From an uncultured Bacteroidaceae bacterium (GTDB lineage Bacteria; Bacillota; Clostridia; Christensenellales; CAG-917), in NCBI GenBank assembly GCA_964592815.1, contig CAZQGE010000002.1, forward strand, positions 1 through 60,484: 60,484 bases of DNA, written 5' to 3'. Shown one piece after another: positions 46,896 to 57,111 of this stretch; the first letter of the stretch is position 1, and each line of letters opens with the position of its first letter. The notes below the pieces were generated by a model that ran no database searches, was not told where the DNA came from, and worked only from the letters and a program-made list of their open reading frames with translations. A program made the position numbers and the translations under genes.

Positions 46896-47825
46896 TTAAG
46901 CCTTGCCGTTGCAACCTAAAACTTCAACAATTTTGTGTCTTACGATTTGCTTTACTGCTTCTCTAGCTGGCCCCAGGTATTGACGAGGGTCAAAGTGTGA
47001 CGGGTTCAAAGCCAAATGTTCACGAATTGCGCCTGTAACTGCCAAACGAATGTCGCTGTCAATATTGATTTTGCAAACTGCCATACTTGCAGCTTGACGG
47101 AGCATTTCTTCTGGAACACCTTGTGCGCCAGGCATACTGCCACCAAATGCATTGACTTGTTTTACGAGTTCTTGTGGAACGCTTGATGCGCCGTGCAAGA
47201 CGATTGGGAAATAAGGCAAACGTTTGCTTACTTCATCAAGAATATCAAATCTAAGTTGTGGTTGACCTTTGAATTTGAATGCTCCGTGAGAAGTTCCGAT
47301 TGCAATAGCCAAAGAGTCAACGCCAGTTTTTTCAACAAATTCTTGAACTTGGTCTGGGTCTGTATAACTTGCGTCCTTTGAAGAAACTTTGACGTCATCC
47401 TCAATGCCTGCGAGCTTGCCGAGTTCGGCTTCAACGGTTACTCCACGGTCGTGAGCATATTCCACAACTTGGCGAGTGATGTTGATGTTTTCTGCAAACG
47501 GGTGCGCACTTGCGTCAATCATAACGGAGGTAAAACCGCTGTCAACGCAGTCCTTGCAAAGAGCAAAGCTGTCACCGTGGTCAAGATGCAGAGCGATAGG
47601 CAAACCGCTGACTTCAACTGCCGCTTCAACCATCTTTGTGAGATAGGTTGTGTTTGCGTATTTTCTTGCGCCTGCAGAGACTTGCAAAATCAAAGGAGCG
47701 TTTTCTTCCATACCTGCTTCGACAATTCCTTGAATAATTTCCATATTATTCACGTTGAATGCGCCGATAGCATATCCGCCTTCATAGGCTTTTTTGAACA
47801 TTTCAGTAGTATTAACTAATGGCAT
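46896..47825 (-). CDS. fba: Class II fructose-1,6-bisphosphate aldolase.
   Basis: MPLVNTTEMFKKAYEGGYAIGAFNVNNME... and ...IALHLDHGDSF... Confidence 0.95.
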   Translation of the reverse strand: MPLVNTTEMFKKAYEGGYAIGAFNVNNMEIIQGIVEAGMEENAPLILQVSAGARKYANTTYLTKMVEAAVEVSGLPIALHLDHGDSFALCKDCVDSGFTSVMIDASAHPFAENINITRQVVEYAHDRGVTVEAELGKLAGIEDDVKVSSKDASYTDPDQVQEFVEKTGVDSLAIAIGTSHGAFKFKGQPQLRFDILDEVSKRLPYFPIVLHGASSVPQELVKQVNAFGGSMPGAQGVPEEMLRQAASMAVCKINIDSDIRLAVTGAIREHLALNPSHFDPRQYLGPAREAVKQIVRHKIVEVLGCNGKA

Positions 47826-47985
47826 ATATGTTCCCTCCGTATATTATTTCAAATTTATTATACAACTGAACTATTAAAAGCGCAACTAAAAGATGCAAAA
47901 AGCATTTTTCTTCAAAAAAATTATTTGGAGGTTAAATGCTTTCATTTTTGTTACTATAGGGTATAATAATGTTGGAGGATAAAAA

Positions 47986-49104
47986 ATGATTTGTGATAAT
48001 AGACAAAAACTGTTAGCAAAAAACCTGGTAAATTATTCTGTTAAGGTTAAAAAGGGAGAGAAGGTGTGGATTGACGCATCTGGTGCAGACTATCAGTTTA
48101 TAAATTGTTTGGTTGAAGAAGTTTATAAAGCGGGCGGCTTTCCGTTTGTAAATTTGAAAGACAACAAAGTTTTGAGAGAAGTTTTGAAGGGTGCAACTCC
48201 TGAATATATTAAAATGTGGGCGGAGCGTGACGCCGCATTTATGGAAAAAATGAATTGTTATATTGGCGTCCGTGGGGGCAATAACTCTTATGAATTGAGC
48301 GACGTTCCTGAAAAGAATATGCAAGATTATGACAATTTGTATGCAATAAAAGTCCACCACAATATTCGTGTAAAAAAGACTAAGTGGGTTGTTTTGCGTT
48401 ATCCAACAGAAGGAATGAGCCAACTTGCAGGTATGAGCACGGAAAAATTTGAAGACTATTACTTTGACGTTTGTTGTTTGGATTATGGAAAAATGAACAA
48501 AGCTATGGATAGCTTAAAAGCTCTTATGGATAAGACTGACAAAGTTAAAATTGTTGGCAACGGCACAGATTTAAGTTTTTCAATAAAGGATATTCCTGCT
48601 GTAAAATGCGCGGGAGATTGCAATATTCCCGACGGTGAAATATATACGGCTCCTGTTAAAGACAGCATAAACGGTACGATTGCATATAACGTTGCGTCAA
48701 TAGAAAATGGCTTCCGTTTTGAAAACGTAAAGTTGGAATTTAAGGACGGAAAAATTGTCAAGGCAACTGCAAATAACTCTCAAAAAGCCAACGCGATTTT
48801 TGACACCGACGAGGGTGCAAGATACGTCGGTGAGTTTGCATTGGGAGTAAACCCTTACGTTACTGTGCCAATAGGGGATATTCTTTTTGACGAAAAAATC
48901 AGCGGTTCAATTCACTTTACGCCAGGGGCTTGCTACGATGACGCTCCAAATGGAAACGTAAGTGCAGTGCATTGGGATTTGGTTTTAGTTCAAACAAAAG
49001 AATACGGTGGCGGAGAGATATATTTTGACGATGTTTTGGTAAGAAAAGACGGGCTTTTCGTCGTTGATGAACTTAAATGCTTAAACCCTGAAAATTTGAA
49101 GTGA
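47986..49104 (+). CDS. M29-family aminopeptidase (AmpS/PepS-like).
   Basis: N-terminus ...KLLAKNLVNYSVKVKKGEKVWIDASG.... C-terminus ...GSIHFTPGACY...GNVSAVHWDLV... Confidence 0.75.
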   Translation: MICDNRQKLLAKNLVNYSVKVKKGEKVWIDASGADYQFINCLVEEVYKAGGFPFVNLKDNKVLREVLKGATPEYIKMWAERDAAFMEKMNCYIGVRGGNNSYELSDVPEKNMQDYDNLYAIKVHHNIRVKKTKWVVLRYPTEGMSQLAGMSTEKFEDYYFDVCCLDYGKMNKAMDSLKALMDKTDKVKIVGNGTDLSFSIKDIPAVKCAGDCNIPDGEIYTAPVKDSINGTIAYNVASIENGFRFENVKLEFKDGKIVKATANNSQKANAIFDTDEGARYVGEFALGVNPYVTVPIGDILFDEKISGSIHFTPGACYDDAPNGNVSAVHWDLVLVQTKEYGGGEIYFDDVLVRKDGLFVVDELKCLNPENLK

Positions 49105-49225
49105 TTGTGATTTTTGCTTGCATAATTTCATAATCAAAGCTGAGAATATTATTGATACAATCATTAAAAATTGTTAGGAGATATTCAAGAAAAATTCAAT
49201 CGATAAAAATAGTACGTTAATTCGC

Positions 49226-49254
49226 TTGCGAATTTTGGTCATAAATTGTAAAAT
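49226..49254 (+). promoter_or_regulatory. Candidate sigma-A promoter for gap.
   Basis: -35 TTGCGA (49226-31), 17-nt spacer, -10 TAAAAT (49249-54). Confidence 0.45.
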
Positions 49255-49316
49255 ACTGTCGAGATAAAAATTTATCTAAAATATTTGTAATTACCTTTTG
49301 GAGGAATGAAAAAATT

Positions 49317-50336
49317 ATGGCAAAGAATGTTAGAGTTGCTATCAACGGTTTCGGAAGAATTGGTCGTCTTGCTTTCAGACAAATGTTTGGCGCAGAAGGC
49401 TATGAAATTGTAGCTATCAATGACCTTACCGATGCAAAAATGCTTGCTCACCTTTTGAAATATGACAGCGCACAAGGCAGATATGCCCTTGCTGATAAAG
49501 TTGTAGCCAAAGAAGGCGCAATTATTGTTGACGGAAAAGAGATTAAAATTTACGCAGAAAAGAATGCTGCTGATTTACCTTGGGGTGAAATCGGAGTTGA
49601 CGTTGTTTTGGAATGCACAGGTTTTTATTGCTCCAAAGATAAGTCACAAGCTCACATTGACGCTGGCGCAAAGAAAGTTGTTATTTCTGCACCCGCAGGA
49701 AACGACCTTAAAACAATCGTATTCAGCGTAAACGAAAATATCCTTACAAAAGAAGATGCTATCATCTCAGCTGCTTCTTGCACAACAAACTGCTTGGCAC
49801 CTATGGCAAATACTTTGAACAAACTTGCTCCCATCCAAAGCGGTATTATGGTAACAATTCACGCTTACACAGGCGACCAAATGGTTTTGGACGGACCACA
49901 CCGCAAAGGCGATTTGAGACGTGCTCGTGCAGCAGCTGTAAATATTGTTCCAAACTCAACAGGTGCAGCTAAGGCAATCGGCTTGGTTATCCCTGAACTT
50001 AATGGCAAACTTATTGGTTCAGCACAACGCGTACCAGTACCAACAGGTTCAACTACAATTTTGACAGCAGTTTGCAAAGGTAACGTTACAGTTGATGCAA
50101 TCAACAATGCAATGAAAGCAGCTCAAAGCGCATCATTTGGTTACAATGACGAAGAAATCGTTTCAAGCGACATCATCGGCATCACATACGGTTCTTTATT
50201 TGACAGCACACAAACAATGGTAAAATATATTGCTGAAAGCGATACCACAGAAGTTCAAACTGTTGCTTGGTATGATAACGAAAACAGCTACACTTCACAA
50301 ATGGTAAGAACAATCAAATATTTTGCAGAACTGTAA
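49317..50336 (+). CDS. gap: Type I glyceraldehyde-3-phosphate dehydrogenase.
   Basis: [12 protein letters not shown]. Active site [10 protein letters not shown]. Confidence 0.97.
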   Translation: MAKNVRVAINGFGRIGRLAFRQMFGAEGYEIVAINDLTDAKMLAHLLKYDSAQGRYALADKVVAKEGAIIVDGKEIKIYAEKNAADLPWGEIGVDVVLECTGFYCSKDKSQAHIDAGAKKVVISAPAGNDLKTIVFSVNENILTKEDAIISAASCTTNCLAPMANTLNKLAPIQSGIMVTIHAYTGDQMVLDGPHRKGDLRRARAAAVNIVPNSTGAAKAIGLVIPELNGKLIGSAQRVPVPTGSTTILTAVCKGNVTVDAINNAMKAAQSASFGYNDEEIVSSDIIGITYGSLFDSTQTMVKYIAESDTTEVQTVAWYDNENSYTSQMVRTIKYFAEL

Positions 50337-50362
50337 GAATTTGTTTTACGTTTGTTAAAATT

Positions 50363-50391
50363 AAGCCGTTGCAAAAAGCAACGGCTTTTTT
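50363..50391 (+). terminator. Rho-independent terminator after gap.
   Basis: AAGCCGTTGC-aaaaa-GCAACGGCTT followed by TTTT. Confidence 0.85.
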
Positions 50392-50604
50392 GTTTGTAAA
50401 GACTAAGGCGATAATATGTTTTTTTGAAATAACAGAATTTTTAAGAGCAAACGTGAAAATAAAAAATAAATCTTATAAAAGGTTGTTTAATTTGAAAATT
50501 TGACAACTAAAAACAATTTAGTTTTAATAATTTATTGTGAATAAATATATTTTGTGCTAAAATCAAATAAAATAAATTGATGGTAAACCATCTTGGAGGG
50601 TTAT

Positions 50605-51813
50605 ATGAACGCATTGTATCGTGCATATTGCAGAATTTATCAAAAAATTATGTATGTTGCCGAATATTGTTTGCCTTGGAATTTTCCTGAGCAAATTTCT
50701 GGCGAGGGAAGTGTAGCAAAACTTCCTAAGTTTGTTAAAGACAAAGGTTTCAAAAGTGCATTGCTTGTTACTGATGAAATGCTTATGAAACTTGGTCTTG
50801 CAACTCCGCTTATTGACGGAATGAAGGCCGAAGGTTTGAACATAACCGTTTTTGATAAAGTTGTTCCAAACCCCACAATTACCAACATCGAAGATGGCTT
50901 GAAATTGTACAAGGAAAACAACTGCGACCATATTATCGCTTTGGGTGGCGGTTCAGCAATGGACTGCGCAAAGGGTATCGGTGCAAGAGTTGCACGTCCA
51001 AATAAAACCATTCCTCAAATGAAAGGTTTGCTTAAAGTGTTTAAGAAATTGCCTCCATTGGTTGCAATTCCAACCACTTCTGGCACGGGTAGTGAAGCAA
51101 CTTTGGCTGCTGTTATCTCAAACCCAGATACTCACGAAAAATATGCAATGAATGACCCAATGCTTATTCCAAAATACGCTGTTATGGACCCATTGCTTAC
51201 TGTTGGACTTCCTAAACCAATCACTTCAACAACAGGTATGGACGCATTGACACACGCAGTTGAGTCATATATCGGCAAGGCTAACACCAAGGACACAAAA
51301 GCGTACGCTATTGAAGCAACGCAACTTATTTTCAAATATTTGCAACGCGCTTATGACAACGGTGAAGACAAAGAAGCAAGAAATCAAATGCAAAAGGCAT
51401 CATTGCTTGCAGGTATGGCGTTTACAAGAGCATACGTTGGTTACGTTCACGCAATGGCTCATACTTTGGGCGGTTTCTATGGCGTTCCTCACGGTCTTGC
51501 AAACTCTGTGATTTTGCCTTACGTTCTTGAAGCGTATGGTGAATCTGCTTATAAAAAACTTGCTGAACTTGCTGATGCAGTTGGCATCAAAGGCGCAGAC
51601 GACGCAGCAAAAGCAAAGGCATTTATCCAAGCAATAAAAGATATGAACAAGGCAATGGCTATTCCAGAAAAGATTGAAGGAAAATGGACAATCAAAGAAG
51701 AAGATTTGCCAACAATGGTCAAGAGGGCTTTGCATGAAGCAAACCCACTTTATCCTGTTCCAACAATTTTTGGTGCTGAGGAAATTGAAGTATTGTATAG
51801 AAAAATTATGTAA
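50605..51813 (+). CDS. Iron-containing (group III) alcohol dehydrogenase.
   Basis: GGGSAMDCAKGI motif. His-rich metal site ...YVHAMAHTLGGFYGVPHGLAN. GGAGGG RBS before the ATG at 50605. The ORF-track TTG at 50593 is rejected. Confidence 0.9.
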   Translation: MNALYRAYCRIYQKIMYVAEYCLPWNFPEQISGEGSVAKLPKFVKDKGFKSALLVTDEMLMKLGLATPLIDGMKAEGLNITVFDKVVPNPTITNIEDGLKLYKENNCDHIIALGGGSAMDCAKGIGARVARPNKTIPQMKGLLKVFKKLPPLVAIPTTSGTGSEATLAAVISNPDTHEKYAMNDPMLIPKYAVMDPLLTVGLPKPITSTTGMDALTHAVESYIGKANTKDTKAYAIEATQLIFKYLQRAYDNGEDKEARNQMQKASLLAGMAFTRAYVGYVHAMAHTLGGFYGVPHGLANSVILPYVLEAYGESAYKKLAELADAVGIKGADDAAKAKAFIQAIKDMNKAMAIPEKIEGKWTIKEEDLPTMVKRALHEANPLYPVPTIFGAEEIEVLYRKIM

Positions 51814-51885
51814 TTTATAAATTACCTAGCTTAGTTTTTACAGTATGTTGTAAAATATTTTCAAAGATAAGTTAAAAAGACATAG

Positions 51886-51914
51886 AAACCGCGTCCAAAT
51901 GGACGCGTTTTTTT
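51886..51914 (+). terminator. Rho-independent terminator after adh.
   Basis: CGCGTCC-aaat-GGACGCG followed by TTTTTTT. Confidence 0.85.
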
Positions 51915-52155
51915 AATGTTTACAATGCATTTATATCTTTTACATTTTGTATTTGTACCGTATCTTATTTTTGTTTGCTATACACATTTCACATTTAGTA
52001 AATGCCAAAGCAAAAATTTTATTAAATATTTTAGAAAATAAAGTTTCTTAGTCGCTTACTTATATAGTTTATCAAACGGTATTTTATATAATAGGCTTCT
52101 GACACACTTATGCATTGTTATATAAATTTTATTAAAAAGTTATTTTCCGTTCAGC

Positions 52156-52596
52156 TTATTCGATAATCACAACGCCGTCTTTTTTTATGGTTACGGACAT
52201 ACCGTCTTTTACAAAATCAAGGAATTCTTCACCTAAGCTGTCAACGGTTGGCATTCCTTGATTTGTCCATACGTCAGACAAAATTGCGCCTGCACAAGCA
52301 AGTGAGTCAATAGGTTTTGCAAACAAAAGACAAGTTGGTTGACTTTTAAGTGCTGTTGCGCAATATAAAACCATTCCTCCAGTTGTTGAACCTATGGTTT
52401 GTGGCAAACACAACGCTTTCCCTGCCATTTTTTTGCCGTATAATTCGGGGTTGTTTTGGTCTGAACAGGTTGCGCTTTTATCGCCGAACATCAATGCTTT
52501 TTGAAAACTTGCCAAAGTGTTGAAACCTTTGTGCGTAACCAATGCAGGTGCGCAGCATTCGCCTTCTACTATAACTCTGCCTTTGAATTCTTTCAT
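52156..52596 (-). CDS. Aconitase X small subunit / swivel domain (DUF126-like).
   Basis: 146 aa: MKEFKGRVIVEGECCAPALV...GKALCLPQTIGSTTGG.... ATGA overlap with the upstream large subunit. Confidence 0.72.
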   Translation of the reverse strand: MKEFKGRVIVEGECCAPALVTHKGFNTLASFQKALMFGDKSATCSDQNNPELYGKKMAGKALCLPQTIGSTTGGMVLYCATALKSQPTCLLFAKPIDSLACAGAILSDVWTNQGMPTVDSLGEEFLDFVKDGMSVTIKKDGVVIIE

Positions 52597-53873
52597 TTTA
52601 AGTCGCCTCCCGTTATTTGTTTAAGTATCTCGTCACTTGTGTAAAATCTACTTGAAGTGTAGGTTCTGAGTTTGTTTGAGTTTGTGATTACAGGCATTTT
52701 TCCGCATAATGGATTATTCATATACATAAGCGGACAAATATGTGAGAGAATAACTCCCGTTGCTTGCAACTTGAAATAATTTTTTGTTTCCTTAAATTTT
52801 TCTACTACGTTTGGCGCGGCTGTAAATACTGTCGGAACTGTAACTTTTCGCAATCCGTTAGTTTTTAGCGCGTCAAAAACTTTTTCAGTCCATTCGTTGA
52901 GTTGCTCAAAGCTTAAATGTGGACAGCCGATAAAACAAAGTTTTGGTTTTGCGTCCTTGTTTTTCCAAATGACAGGGTAACTGTCTTTAACTCTTTTAAG
53001 TTCGGCGTCGTCAATCACGTATGTTTTGGCGTTGTCAGCAATCAACTTTTCGCCTAATTCAACAGCTTCGGGGGTGAGATTTTCAATATGATATAGACCT
53101 ACTGCACCGTTTGACGCGGTTGCTGCTCCAAAATCTTTCAAATATGCCTTTGTTGTGTTGTTAAGTTCTTTGCCAATAAATTTGTCCAATCCTTTGACGT
53201 AAGGCACGTCTTCCATAACTTTCATTCCGATTGCCGAACCCAAAACTTGCGCTTCCGGCACTTTGGAAGTTTTGACTTCAATTATCCAAGTGGCTTTTCT
53301 GCCCTTATCGGTGAGCAACCCAAAGTAGGGGACACAACCAACTATGCTGCCAAAAAGCTCCAATATTCCTGAGTTTCGGTTGCATCTTGCACCTAAAACA
53401 GAGTTTGCGTAAACTACTGCGCTAGATTCCGCCCAAGAAAGGATTTGTCCCTTTTTTGGAATGTTCCCAACTTCGTCCATATAGCAAGTGCAGGTGTATG
53501 CTTTGTCACTTGTTATGCCAAGTTTTTTCAACTGTTGGTCATAAAAGTCTTGCTTGCTATACATAAATTTGAAAATAAGTTTTTGCAAAGCATTTGCAGG
53601 GACTTCTTTGTCTAAAGGGTGCGGGTCAACGGTAAAAGGCTGTGCGCTTTTTACGTCGGCAGACAGAATTTCGTCCATAAGGTCGTAAACAGGACTCATA
53701 ACGGACAAACCAAAACTTGTTACCAAGTGACCCTTTTCTGAAGTTATATCAACCATTTTTGTTGCTCCAAAAGCGTCGCCGTACATAACCAAAGTTTTCA
53801 TAATTTTGGCTTTTACTTCCCCTTCTTTGCCGTCATAAACAGCTTGTTGGGAGGGTGATAGTTTAATTTTCAT
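52593..53873 (-). CDS. Aconitase X large / catalytic subunit (DUF521-like).
   Basis: 426 aa: MKIKLSPSQQAVYDGKEGEVKAKIMKTLVMYGDAFGATKMVDITS..GHLV. Several conserved-looking Cys (CTC, CNRNSG, GCPHLS). Confidence 0.72.
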   Translation of the reverse strand: MKIKLSPSQQAVYDGKEGEVKAKIMKTLVMYGDAFGATKMVDITSEKGHLVTSFGLSVMSPVYDLMDEILSADVKSAQPFTVDPHPLDKEVPANALQKLIFKFMYSKQDFYDQQLKKLGITSDKAYTCTCYMDEVGNIPKKGQILSWAESSAVVYANSVLGARCNRNSGILELFGSIVGCVPYFGLLTDKGRKATWIIEVKTSKVPEAQVLGSAIGMKVMEDVPYVKGLDKFIGKELNNTTKAYLKDFGAATASNGAVGLYHIENLTPEAVELGEKLIADNAKTYVIDDAELKRVKDSYPVIWKNKDAKPKLCFIGCPHLSFEQLNEWTEKVFDALKTNGLRKVTVPTVFTAAPNVVEKFKETKNYFKLQATGVILSHICPLMYMNNPLCGKMPVITNSNKLRTYTSSRFYTSDEILKQITGGDLK

Positions 53874-54069
53874 ATTTTGACCTCCAACTTTAATACGTAT
53901 ATATTATATAACTCGGCAATTCATAATACAATAGCTATCAAATATTTAAGATGACAAGTTAGGTATAACTTTGAAGATAAAAATATAGAGGTGCGAAAAG
54001 GACATTTTTAAGGAATTTGGCATAGATATAGTCAATTGAACATATTAGCATTTGAGAATATGATTTTTT

Positions 54070-54089
54070 AGGATACATATATGTATCCT
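54070..54089. promoter_or_regulatory. Perfect 20-bp palindrome; candidate operator in the AcnX/FGGY divergent promoter region.
   Basis: AGGATACATATATGTATCCT. Confidence 0.5.
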
Positions 54090-54284
54090 TAGCATTAAAA
54101 ACTCATCATAACTCTGAATAATGTGGATAACTAAAAAATAACGGCGCAAAATTTTTTTTATGTAAATTCATAATTCGTACAAAATCACGTTTTAGTTTAG
54201 CTAAAACAAGGTTATCGGTATTTACTTGAATGGTTCAATGTGTTAAAATATTTTATATTGGAATTTTGAATTCGGAGGAAAAGA

Positions 54285-55877
54285 ATGAAAACTTTTGTTA
54301 TCGCTTACGATATAGGCACAACGGGCGTAAAAACTTGTGTTTTTGAGATTGAAGAAACAATCAAAATGCTTGCTGCTGCAACAGAAGGATACGATTTGTA
54401 CGTTTATGACGACGGCGGAGCTGAGCAAGACGCCGACCAATGGTGGGCAGCAATGTGCTCAACAACAAATAAGGTTATAAAAGAAAGCAAGATAAAACCA
54501 GAGCAAATTGCAGGTTTATCATTTTGCTCACAAATGCAAGGTATGGTATTGGTTGACAAAGACGCAAACGCTGTCCGTCGTCCTATGAGCTATATGGACT
54601 GTCGCGCAAAAGCCGAAATCAAAAAAGGTTTAGCACACGGTTTGCAAATTGCAGGCGCAAATATATTCAAATTACTTCCGTCTTTGATTAGAACAGGCGT
54701 TGTTTCTGCAAGTGTTAAGGACCCTCTTTGGAAGTACAAGTGGGTTGAAGCAAACGAGCCTGAGAACTTCGCAAAAGCTCACAAATGGCTTGACGTAAAA
54801 GAATATCTAATTGCAAGATGCACGGGCGAATTTGTTATGACAGAGGATTCTGCTTTTGCGACTATGATGAAGGATAAAAACAAGTCAGAGTGGAGCTATG
54901 AAACGTGTGATATGTTTGGCGTAAAACACGAGCATATGGCAAAAATTATAAAATCAACCGACAAAGTTGGTGGACTTACTTCAAAAGCGGCAAAAGAGTT
55001 AGGGCTTAAAGAAGGTACTCCTGTTTTTGGCGGCGGCGGAGATGCGTCGTTGATTGGTTTGGGTTCAGGTTGCGTCGAGATTGGTGAAACACATATCTAT
55101 TCAGGTACGTCTGGTTGGGTAAGCACAATCGTTGGCAAACAATCTGTTGATATTGCAACAATGATAGCAGCAATTCAAGGCGCTCAAACGGGGCGTTATA
55201 ACTATTTTGCTGAGATGGAAACGTCAGGAAAGTGTATGGAATGGGTTAAAAACCACTTGGCTTTGGACGAAATTAACATTTATCTTAAAAAACAACACGT
55301 TGCTGAAAGTTTTGAGTCAAAATATACAAGTTTATATGAATATATGACTGACTCAATAGCTTCTGTTCCTGCTGGAGCGGGTGGCGTTATATTTACACCT
55401 TGGCTTCACGGCAACAGATGTCCGTTTGAGGACCCAAATGCGGCGGGTATGTTTTTCAATATTAGGCTTGAAACTGGCAAGACGGAACTTATTCGTGCAG
55501 TTCTTGAAGGTATATGCTATCACAAAAGATGGATGCTTGAATGCGAAGCCAAAAAAGTTAAAGTCGGAGAAAAAATTCGCTTTGTTGGCGGTGGCGCAAT
55601 AAGCCCTGTAACAAGCCAAATACTCGCAGACATAACTGGCAAAACGGTTGAAACGATAGGCGAACCACAAAACGTTGGCGCAGTTGGCGCAGCGGCACTC
55701 GTTGGAGTTGGACTTGGAGTTATACCTAGCGTTGAAAAAGTCAAGGAATTTATCCCTGTGTTAAGAATTTTTGAACCTAATAAAGAAGTAAAAGCTGTTT
55801 ATGACAGAAACTTTGAAGTTTTCAAAAGACTATATAAGAGCAACAAGGAAAATTTCCGTATGCTTAATGAAAGATAG
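54285..55877 (+). CDS. FGGY-family carbohydrate kinase (xylulokinase/gluconokinase-like); substrate unknown.
   Basis: N-terminus FVIAYDIGTTGVKTCVF. ...GGGDASLIGLGSG.... C-terminus ...FVGGGAISPVTSQILADITG... Confidence 0.85.
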   Translation: MKTFVIAYDIGTTGVKTCVFEIEETIKMLAAATEGYDLYVYDDGGAEQDADQWWAAMCSTTNKVIKESKIKPEQIAGLSFCSQMQGMVLVDKDANAVRRPMSYMDCRAKAEIKKGLAHGLQIAGANIFKLLPSLIRTGVVSASVKDPLWKYKWVEANEPENFAKAHKWLDVKEYLIARCTGEFVMTEDSAFATMMKDKNKSEWSYETCDMFGVKHEHMAKIIKSTDKVGGLTSKAAKELGLKEGTPVFGGGGDASLIGLGSGCVEIGETHIYSGTSGWVSTIVGKQSVDIATMIAAIQGAQTGRYNYFAEMETSGKCMEWVKNHLALDEINIYLKKQHVAESFESKYTSLYEYMTDSIASVPAGAGGVIFTPWLHGNRCPFEDPNAAGMFFNIRLETGKTELIRAVLEGICYHKRWMLECEAKKVKVGEKIRFVGGGAISPVTSQILADITGKTVETIGEPQNVGAVGAAALVGVGLGVIPSVEKVKEFIPVLRIFEPNKEVKAVYDRNFEVFKRLYKSNKENFRMLNER

Positions 55878-56008
55878 TTTTTGTTGATGAGAAATTGAAA
55901 CGTGTTTCTTAAAGCCGTTCAATACTTATAAAAAGACAAAACTTTTAGAAAAAGTTAACACATTTCAAAATATTCAATACGAATATAAAAAATTTAACGT
56001 TTATAAGC

Positions 56009-56037
56009 AAAAGCCCGTTTGATGACGGGCTTTTTTG
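56009..56037. terminator. Rho-independent terminator, possibly bidirectional (FGGY gene and the Dlt-like operon converge here).
   Basis: AAAA-GCCCGT-ttgatg-ACGGGC-TTTTTT. Confidence 0.75.
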
Positions 56038-56120
56038 TTGAGTTGATTAAATTAGAACTTGCGTATTGCTATATTCAATAAGTTTTTGAAGATTGCAAGA
56101 TTGAACCAGCAAAAGTATTT

Positions 56121-57110
56121 TTAAGCTGCCGAAATCTTATATTGGCTTATCCTTGTTTTATAGTTGTTTATAACGCGCGTCCAATTTTGACTGTCATCAG
56201 TCAAATTCTTTGAAATTACGTCAGAGTAATTTGTTTTTAGATATGCGCCGATATGGTCTGTAATCTTGATTGCACCAAAGGTGTTTAAGTGTATGCCATT
56301 ATCACAAAACGAGGTTTTTAAGTCAAGCCCAAATTTGGCTTTTGTTTCATAGTTGTAGTCGATAAAAGGAATTTGATATTTGTCTGCAATAATCTTTATT
56401 TTAGCACTTTTTTTTGCAGACCATTCTAGTGTGGGTATTTGCGTCAAAATTACCTTGACGTTTTTCTTTTGGCAGTCGGCTATAATCTTTTGCAATTTTT
56501 TAAGGTTTTTCCAAGCATAGAATTTATTGAAGTCCTTATTGATGTTCATATAGTCGCCTATATGGTCGTATTTATGTATGATGTTTGAATATACGTAACC
56601 TTTGTCAACGTCAATTCCCGTTTTCAAATTTGATTTGCCAAAGAAGTCGTGTGCTTTGAATTTTTTCCACTTAACACCAAAAATAAACGGAGAGGTAACG
56701 TACATAAAATTCTCATTCAATTTGCCAAAATCAATGGTATTTATGCAGTTTACGTCAATTATTACAACTTTAAGATTTTGATATTTTGAGGCGTGTTTAA
56801 TTCGTCTTCCGATGTTGGAAATTACTTGTCCGTTAATTCCACAGTTGTATGAATAAATGTCGTACTTATCTTTTAATCTAGCGGGTATAACGCCAAGTCT
56901 TACGTTGGAGTCTCCAAAAAACATAACGTCGAAACTGTTTTGTTTTTCGTTTACGTATTCTCTGCCGTGGGTGTAGGCATTTGCGCCTAAATCAGTTTTT
57001 GTTTTAGGGTTAAAGACGTAGCAAGCGTAAGCATATATGCAAATCGATAAAATAATCATTCCTATCGGTGTTAAAATTTTATATAGTGTTTTTTTGTTAA
57101 AATTCAACAT
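56121..57110 (-). CDS. Membrane-anchored SGNH/GDSL-like hydrolase-fold protein (DltD-analogous).
   Basis: Start taken at MLNFNKKTLYKILTPIGMIILSICIYAYA (TM anchor), 1 nt after the MBOAT stop. FFGDSNVRLG (GDS block). C-terminal CDNGIHLN. The ORF-track start at 57164 is rejected. Confidence 0.65.
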   Translation of the reverse strand: MLNFNKKTLYKILTPIGMIILSICIYAYACYVFNPKTKTDLGANAYTHGREYVNEKQNSFDVMFFGDSNVRLGVIPARLKDKYDIYSYNCGINGQVISNIGRRIKHASKYQNLKVVIIDVNCINTIDFGKLNENFMYVTSPFIFGVKWKKFKAHDFFGKSNLKTGIDVDKGYVYSNIIHKYDHIGDYMNINKDFNKFYAWKNLKKLQKIIADCQKKNVKVILTQIPTLEWSAKKSAKIKIIADKYQIPFIDYNYETKAKFGLDLKTSFCDNGIHLNTFGAIKITDHIGAYLKTNYSDVISKNLTDDSQNWTRVINNYKTRISQYKISAA

Positions 57111-57111
57111 A

